From contig JAEOTA010000055.1 in assembly GCA_016840085.1 (NCBI GenBank), forward strand, positions 31,356 through 95,355: a stretch of DNA of 64,000 bases. The letters are read 5' to 3'. The position numbers were made by a program, and so were the translations under genes. The stretch's first letter is position 1. Every line of letters starts with the position of its first letter. Positions 60,735 through 64,000 of this stretch are shown piece by piece. Origin of the DNA: Promethearchaeota archaeon. Lineage in GTDB: Archaea > Asgardarchaeota > Lokiarchaeia > Sigyniarchaeales > SOKP01. Below the pieces are notes generated by a model. It made no database searches and had not been told where the DNA came from. It worked only from the letters and a program-made list of their open reading frames with translations.

Positions 60735-60993
60735 ACTCAATATGGGTGAATTCGTTTGATTTTTTATGAAAATGATCTTCCTAACTTAATTCATGCTATA
60801 TTGAGTATCTCATTTATGGAAGAGTCTAATAACTGTCGGGTTATTAGATCACAAGATGTACCAGCAATTTTTTTTAAAGACTTCAATTCAATGGTACATC
60901 ATTGGCTACATCATTAATAGTTCCGATGAACTAAAGTAATATTTGTTATTGATTGTTCATCGGAATTTAAACAAACTGAACTATTTCAGTTTG
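60735..60993 (+). promoter_or_regulatory. Structured 5' leader of the his operon (candidate attenuator)
   Basis: Five consecutive inverted repeats: 60735-60806, 60824-60849, 60855-60900, 60919-60967, 60972-60993; TTATAAA at 60690-60696 upstream. Confidence 0.7.
60816..60917 (+). CDS. Putative His leader peptide MEESNNCRVIRSQDVPAIFFKDFNSMVHHWLHH (or short form MVHHWLHH from 60891)
   Basis: CAT CAT TGG CTA CAT CAT TAA TAG; TAA ends 87 nt before the hisIE start. Confidence 0.7.
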   Translation: MEESNNCRVIRSQDVPAIFFKDFNSMVHHWLHH

Positions 60994-61004
60994 GGGGGTA
61001 TAAT

Positions 61005-61913
61005 ATGTTAATATTGAAAATAGATATGAAAGATCTTGAACAGATTGGAGGGCTAAGGGAGTTCATAGATGGAGTATTTATAAAACGAGGTTGGGACTTA
61101 TATATTACTCTTATTTTTAAGGCTAATAACAACAGTATTACAGCACTGATAAAAGATGGAACCCTCAAGGATGCTTCTAAAAAAATTGAATTAGGAATTA
61201 ACCTAGAGCCCAATCAAAAAGAGCTAAAATCGCTACTAAAAAAGCACGGGATAAATAGTTTAGAACTTGAATCTTATAATGAGAATGAGATTATCAACTT
61301 CAACTTAAAGATGGATTATTCACTCATAGACAATCAATTGGTAACAATTTTAAATTTTGAGAAATCAAACGGATTAATTCCAACAGTGGTACAAGACCAA
61401 AATAATAACGTTTTAATGCTCGCATATTCATCAAAAGAATCGTTAAAGCATACTATTAAAACCAAAAAAGCGACCTACTTCAGTAGATCACGAAATAGTC
61501 TTTGGATAAAAGGGGAAGAATCGGGTAATTTTCAAATCGTGAAAAGAATTTTTTATGATTGTGATGCTGATTCATTGTTGTTCACAGTAAAACAAATAGG
61601 TGTTGCATGTCATACGGGATCTTATTCTTGTTTTCGAAATATGAAATTTTCAATAAAGAATCTTTATGATATAATTAATGATCGCATTGAAAACTATGGA
61701 ATAAGAGAATCCTATAGTAAAAGACTTGCAGAAGATAATAATTTATTATTATCCAAAATTCAAGAAGAAAGTCTGGAATTGATAAATTATACTGATAGAG
61801 ATAATTTAATCTGGGAGATTGCTGATTTAACATATTTTATCCTTGTTTTAATGGCTACAAATAAAATAAATCCTGATGAAATTGTAAATGAATTATGGAG
61901 GCGAAATAAATGA
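61005..61913 (+). CDS. hisIE: Bifunctional phosphoribosyl-AMP cyclohydrolase/phosphoribosyl-ATP diphosphatase with N-terminal extension
   Basis: [38 protein letters not shown]; KIQEE, WEIADL. Confidence 0.93.
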   Translation: MLILKIDMKDLEQIGGLREFIDGVFIKRGWDLYITLIFKANNNSITALIKDGTLKDASKKIELGINLEPNQKELKSLLKKHGINSLELESYNENEIINFNLKMDYSLIDNQLVTILNFEKSNGLIPTVVQDQNNNVLMLAYSSKESLKHTIKTKKATYFSRSRNSLWIKGEESGNFQIVKRIFYDCDADSLLFTVKQIGVACHTGSYSCFRNMKFSIKNLYDIINDRIENYGIRESYSKRLAEDNNLLLSKIQEESLELINYTDRDNLIWEIADLTYFILVLMATNKINPDEIVNELWRRNK

Positions 61914-62929
61914 AAAAAGAGTTACAAAAATCATTTCCAAAATATAAAACAAGGCAGGTAAGGCTCGCTATTCCTTCAAAGGGAAGAATGGAAAGCGAAA
62001 CTCAGGAATTCTTAAGGTCCTGCGGATTTATTATACAAAGAAACAACAGACAATATATTGGATCAATAGAGGGTCCCATTAATCTCCAACTAGTTTATCA
62101 ACGTCAAGTAGATATTGTTAGGGGGGTATTAAATGGATCACTAGAAATGGGAATAGTTGGCTACGATTTAGTTCTTGAATATTTACCCGAATATAATAAT
62201 GAGTTAATAGTTATACATGATGCGCTAAATTTTGGAAAATGCAGCCTTGAAATAGCTATTCCTGAAGAATGGCCTGAAAATTCAATTGATGAGATTAAAC
62301 AGAATAGAAAGGTAATTCGTGTTGCTACAAAATTTCCAAAGCTTACTAGGCAATTCCTAAATTCAGTTGATATAACTTATGAATTAATTGAGGGAAATGG
62401 TTCTCTTGAGGTATATCCAGAATTGGAATATAGTGATATTATAGTTGATCTTGTGTCAACAGGCCAGACATTAAAGGATAATCGTTTAAGAAGGATAAAT
62501 GGAGGTCAAATAATGACTTCTGAATCTGTACTTATAGGTAATCGTACATCACTGAAGAATGAGGCTATTTTAAAAATTGCTCGTGGATTGATTGAATATA
62601 TCGAAGCGACCTTAAGAGCCCAAAAATTTGTATCAGTTTTCGTAAACATGAGAGGAGAAAGTCGTGAAGAAATTGCTAAAGCAATTTTCTCTAAAGAAGG
62701 GCTTGAAGGTTTACAAGGACCTACAATATCTGCGGTTTTTACCAAAAATAGAGAAAAGATGTTTGCAGTTCACGTTATTGTCGAAAGAAAAAATTTACAA
62801 CAAGCGATAAGAAATCTACGAGAAATTGGTGGAAGTGGCGTAGTTGTTGCTCCAGCACTTTATATTTTTGAGGAGGAACCATTGAGATATATAAAATTAT
62901 TAAAGAATTTGGGGATGGATAGTGATTAG
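61910..62929 (+). CDS. hisG: ATP phosphoribosyltransferase, long form
   Basis: [34 protein letters not shown]-terminal regulatory domain; ATGA overlap with hisIE. Confidence 0.96.
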   Translation: MKKELQKSFPKYKTRQVRLAIPSKGRMESETQEFLRSCGFIIQRNNRQYIGSIEGPINLQLVYQRQVDIVRGVLNGSLEMGIVGYDLVLEYLPEYNNELIVIHDALNFGKCSLEIAIPEEWPENSIDEIKQNRKVIRVATKFPKLTRQFLNSVDITYELIEGNGSLEVYPELEYSDIIVDLVSTGQTLKDNRLRRINGGQIMTSESVLIGNRTSLKNEAILKIARGLIEYIEATLRAQKFVSVFVNMRGESREEIAKAIFSKEGLEGLQGPTISAVFTKNREKMFAVHVIVERKNLQQAIRNLREIGGSGVVVAPALYIFEEEPLRYIKLLKNLGMDSD

Positions 62930-64000
62930 AGTATACACAACAGATGAGGCAAGAAATATTATATTAAAAAGAGAATTTATCTTCTCAAATCCAGAATTCA
63001 GTAACAACAATGTAAGCCCAGAGGAAATTGTAAGAAAAATTGTTAAAGACGTCCGGGAAAGGGGTGATCAAGCGCTCAAAGATTGGACTTTAAAGTTAGA
63101 TAAAGTGAATATAGACCAATTTGAAATAGTTAATATTGATTTTGAAGAGTGTCTCTCAACTATTAATCCGGAGTTGAAAAAAGCTTTAGAAATAGCCAGC
63201 GAGAGAATCTATAAATTTCACATGTCGCAACCAATTTTATCATGGATGAATTACAACCTTGGAGGACAATTAGGTCAAATAATTAAACCAATTAAAAAGA
63301 TAGGAATTTATATTCCAGGAGGTAAAACTCCTTTGTTTTCCTCAATATTAATGACAGCCATACCCGCTGTCGTAGCAGGAACTAAAGAGATCATCTTTGC
63401 TTCTCCCCCCGAAAATAACGGAACTTTGTCTAACATTATCCTCGCAACTTGTGGATTGATTAAACGGTTTGGTGTAAATATTCGTCTATTTAAAATGGGT
63501 GGTGCTCAAGCTATTGCTGCCATGGCATTCGGAACTGAGCAAGTTCCTAATGTAGAAAAAATTGTGGGTCCTGGAAATATTTATGTAAATTTGGCTAAAA
63601 AAGAAGTATATGGGATTGTAGGAATTGACGGAATATATGGGCCAACTGAAGTCATAATAATTGCTGATGAAACAGCAAATCCTTCATTAGTTGCTTCTGA
63701 TCTACTAGCTCAAGCAGAACATGATTCTTTAGCAATTCCTATATTAATAACTTCTGATCAAAATTTAATCTCATACGTCAAAAACGAGTTAAAAAGGCAA
63801 ATTATGGATCTGGACAGAAATGTAATCATTAAGAACTCTCTTCAAAATAAAGGTGGCATTATTTTGACAAATTCATTAGAAGAATCAATTGAAATTTCAA
63901 ATGAGTTTGCGCCCGAACATCTTTCGCTTATGATAAAAGACCCTATGACAGTTTTAAATCAAATAGAAAATGCTGGAGGAATTTTTATTGGAGAAAATTC
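62922..64000 (+). CDS. hisD: Histidinol dehydrogenase, 3'-partial (absent from ORF track)
   Basis: GTG at 62922: VIRVYT...VRERGDQAL, YIPGG, GGAQAIAAMAFGT, VGPGN, GPTE, DLLAQAEHD, APEHL. Confidence 0.95.
   Translation, partial: MIRVYTTDEARNIILKREFIFSNPEFSNNNVSPEEIVRKIVKDVRERGDQALKDWTLKLDKVNIDQFEIVNIDFEECLSTINPELKKALEIASERIYKFHMSQPILSWMNYNLGGQLGQIIKPIKKIGIYIPGGKTPLFSSILMTAIPAVVAGTKEIIFASPPENNGTLSNIILATCGLIKRFGVNIRLFKMGGAQAIAAMAFGTEQVPNVEKIVGPGNIYVNLAKKEVYGIVGIDGIYGPTEVIIIADETANPSLVASDLLAQAEHDSLAIPILITSDQNLISYVKNELKRQIMDLDRNVIIKNSLQNKGGIILTNSLEESIEISNEFAPEHLSLMIKDPMTVLNQIENAGGIFIGEN

Noticed and set aside
60889-60955. T-box riboswitch reading of the his leader (UGGUACA resembling the UGGNACC bulge)
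   Set aside because: Flanking helices would be only 3+3 bp, no Stem I AG/GNUG/specifier motifs were found, and the His-codon uORF explains the region better
1-64000. Genome-wide TAG or TGA recoding (Pyl/Sec)
   Set aside because: Many complete genes end normally at TAG (e.g. 10179, 23866, 49414, 62929) or TGA; no TGA at a catalytic Cys position or convincing SECIS was seen

Overview
AT-rich archaeal chromosome segment, most likely from a Lokiarchaeia (Promethearchaeota, Asgard) genome. This is inferred from an archaeal histone, an IPGY-TM-basic 'Loki-CTERM'-type tail, a longin-like domain and GGTGA/GGAG-type RBSs. About 60 CDSs are present, mostly metabolic: hydrolases, oxidoreductases, a putative oxidative glycoside-catabolism cluster, transporters, cysEK, an FTR1 iron permease with a DtxR-like operator, an Fpg glycosylase, a nuclease-XPD/DinG fusion, a histone and the start of a his operon (hisIE-hisG-hisD). 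No rRNA, tRNA, CRISPR array or intact mobile element was recognised. The standout signal lies upstream of the his operon. An unannotated leader ORF ending ...MVHHWLHH* (4 His codons in its last 6) sits in a ~290-nt run of five hairpins, and an alternative pairing links the leader stop codons to the hairpin next to the hisIE ribosome-binding site. This is a candidate ribosome-dependent histidine attenuator in an Asgard archaeon. Other items are a CBS-longin fusion, a CysE with the E. coli-type EYGDGI CysK-docking tail plus an N-terminal Zn ribbon, a Staygreen homolog, a 23-aa small ORF, a hydrolase with an in-frame TAG and ATA start, and gene-remnant scars in spacers. All product calls come from motif recognition by eye; no searches were run.
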